A stretch of 63,730 nucleotides of DNA, the filler included, from Octopus bimaculoides (taxonomy: Eukaryota): assembly GCF_001194135.2 (NCBI RefSeq). It is 4 parts of 4 records of this genome, joined end to end, with 100 filler letters (N's around TTAATTAATTAA, not from the genome) between each part and the next. Parts side by side here need not be neighbours in the genome. Positions count along the whole stretch, not along the records: positions 58,949 to 63,730 come from NW_026429021.1; 3 more parts are not named here. One strand, 5' to 3'. The notes beneath the pieces were generated by a model, which was given only the letters and a program-made list of their open reading frames with translations, was not told the DNA's origin and did no database searches. A program made the position numbers and the translations under genes. Position 1 is the stretch's first letter. The number at the start of each line of letters is the position of its first letter. Shown here in pieces: positions 63,102 through 63,730 of this stretch.

Positions 63102-63322
63102 ATATTTGTGTGCATTACTGAGTTTTTGCCACCCTCCGCTTGCCATCTTTTGAAAAGCGCTGCAGGTGTCTTTATATCCCTGTAACTTAACGGTTCAGCA
63201 AAATATACCGACAAAGTAAGTACGAGGTTTACAAAGTATTAATCCTGGAGTCGATTTCTTCGAATAAAATCCTTTAAAGTGGTGCTCCAGCATGGCCACT
63301 GTGAAGTGACTGAAACAAGTAA
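62911..63322 (+). mobile_element. SINE family A, full length, diverged
   Basis: Head GGTTCAATCCC through tail GACTGAAACAAGTAA; another 3' half at ~63450-63680. Confidence 0.82.
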
Positions 63323-63699
63323 TATATATTTATACGTACGGACACACGCATATATTCATACACACACATACATATATATTCATTTATGTCTATGTATATA
63401 TGTGTGAGTGTATGTGTGTGTGTGTCTATGTATATGTATGAGTGTGCGTGTTTGTGGCATTGCTTTTGTGTTGGTCCTCCAACCCTGTTTGACGAACGGT
63501 TTTGGTGTGCTTACGTACAGGTAACCCTAGCGGTTCAACAAAACAATTCGACAAAATAAGTACTTGACTAAAAAAGATTTAAAAAGTACTCGGGTCGATT
63601 CGTTCGACTAAAAAATTCTTCAAAGCGGTGCCCCAGCATGGTCGCGGTCTAATGCATGAAAAAAGTAAGAGATAATGATATACATATATTATTTATACA

Positions 63700-63730
<31 letters not shown>

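Noticed and set aside
1021-63214. Dozens of long ORFs in the track (e.g. 34250-35707, 44882-45898, 52250-53179, 61389-62366)
   Set aside because: Length comes from N-runs (X) and (CA)n/(TA)n/(TATG)n repeats giving VCVC, HTHT or YIYI peptides; no coding signal

Overview
This is gapped, AT-rich eukaryotic DNA, not prokaryotic. The very high microsatellite density and the SINE repertoire suggest a coleoid cephalopod, probably Octopus (inferred from recalled repeat families; no database search was run). No intact protein-coding gene can be supported. Almost all long ORFs in the track come from N-runs, (CA)n/(TA)n microsatellites or antisense repeats. The window is a mosaic of at least four tRNA-derived SINE families; LINE remnants (RTE, RTEX-like, CR1-like, R4/Dong-like); Penelope-like element (PLE) pieces with minimal hammerhead-like motifs; a full-length but degenerate DD37D (maT) Tc1/mariner; a ~220-bp mariner-type MITE; and a Helitron Rep/helicase remnant. 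Three identical 100-bp N44-TTAATTAATTAA-N44 blocks are artificial scaffold linkers. The best unexplained signals are: (1) an abutting double hairpin at 35.95-36.06 kb, one arm of which looks like a pre-miRNA; (2) a CpG-rich, promoter-like island at ~20 kb bordering a CpG-depleted, probably methylated gene-body block on its left; (3) a SINE with a 5' inversion; (4) a MITE/75-bp-unit tandem array; (5) a hammerhead-like motif with a non-canonical core. I found no convincing novel multi-gene system.
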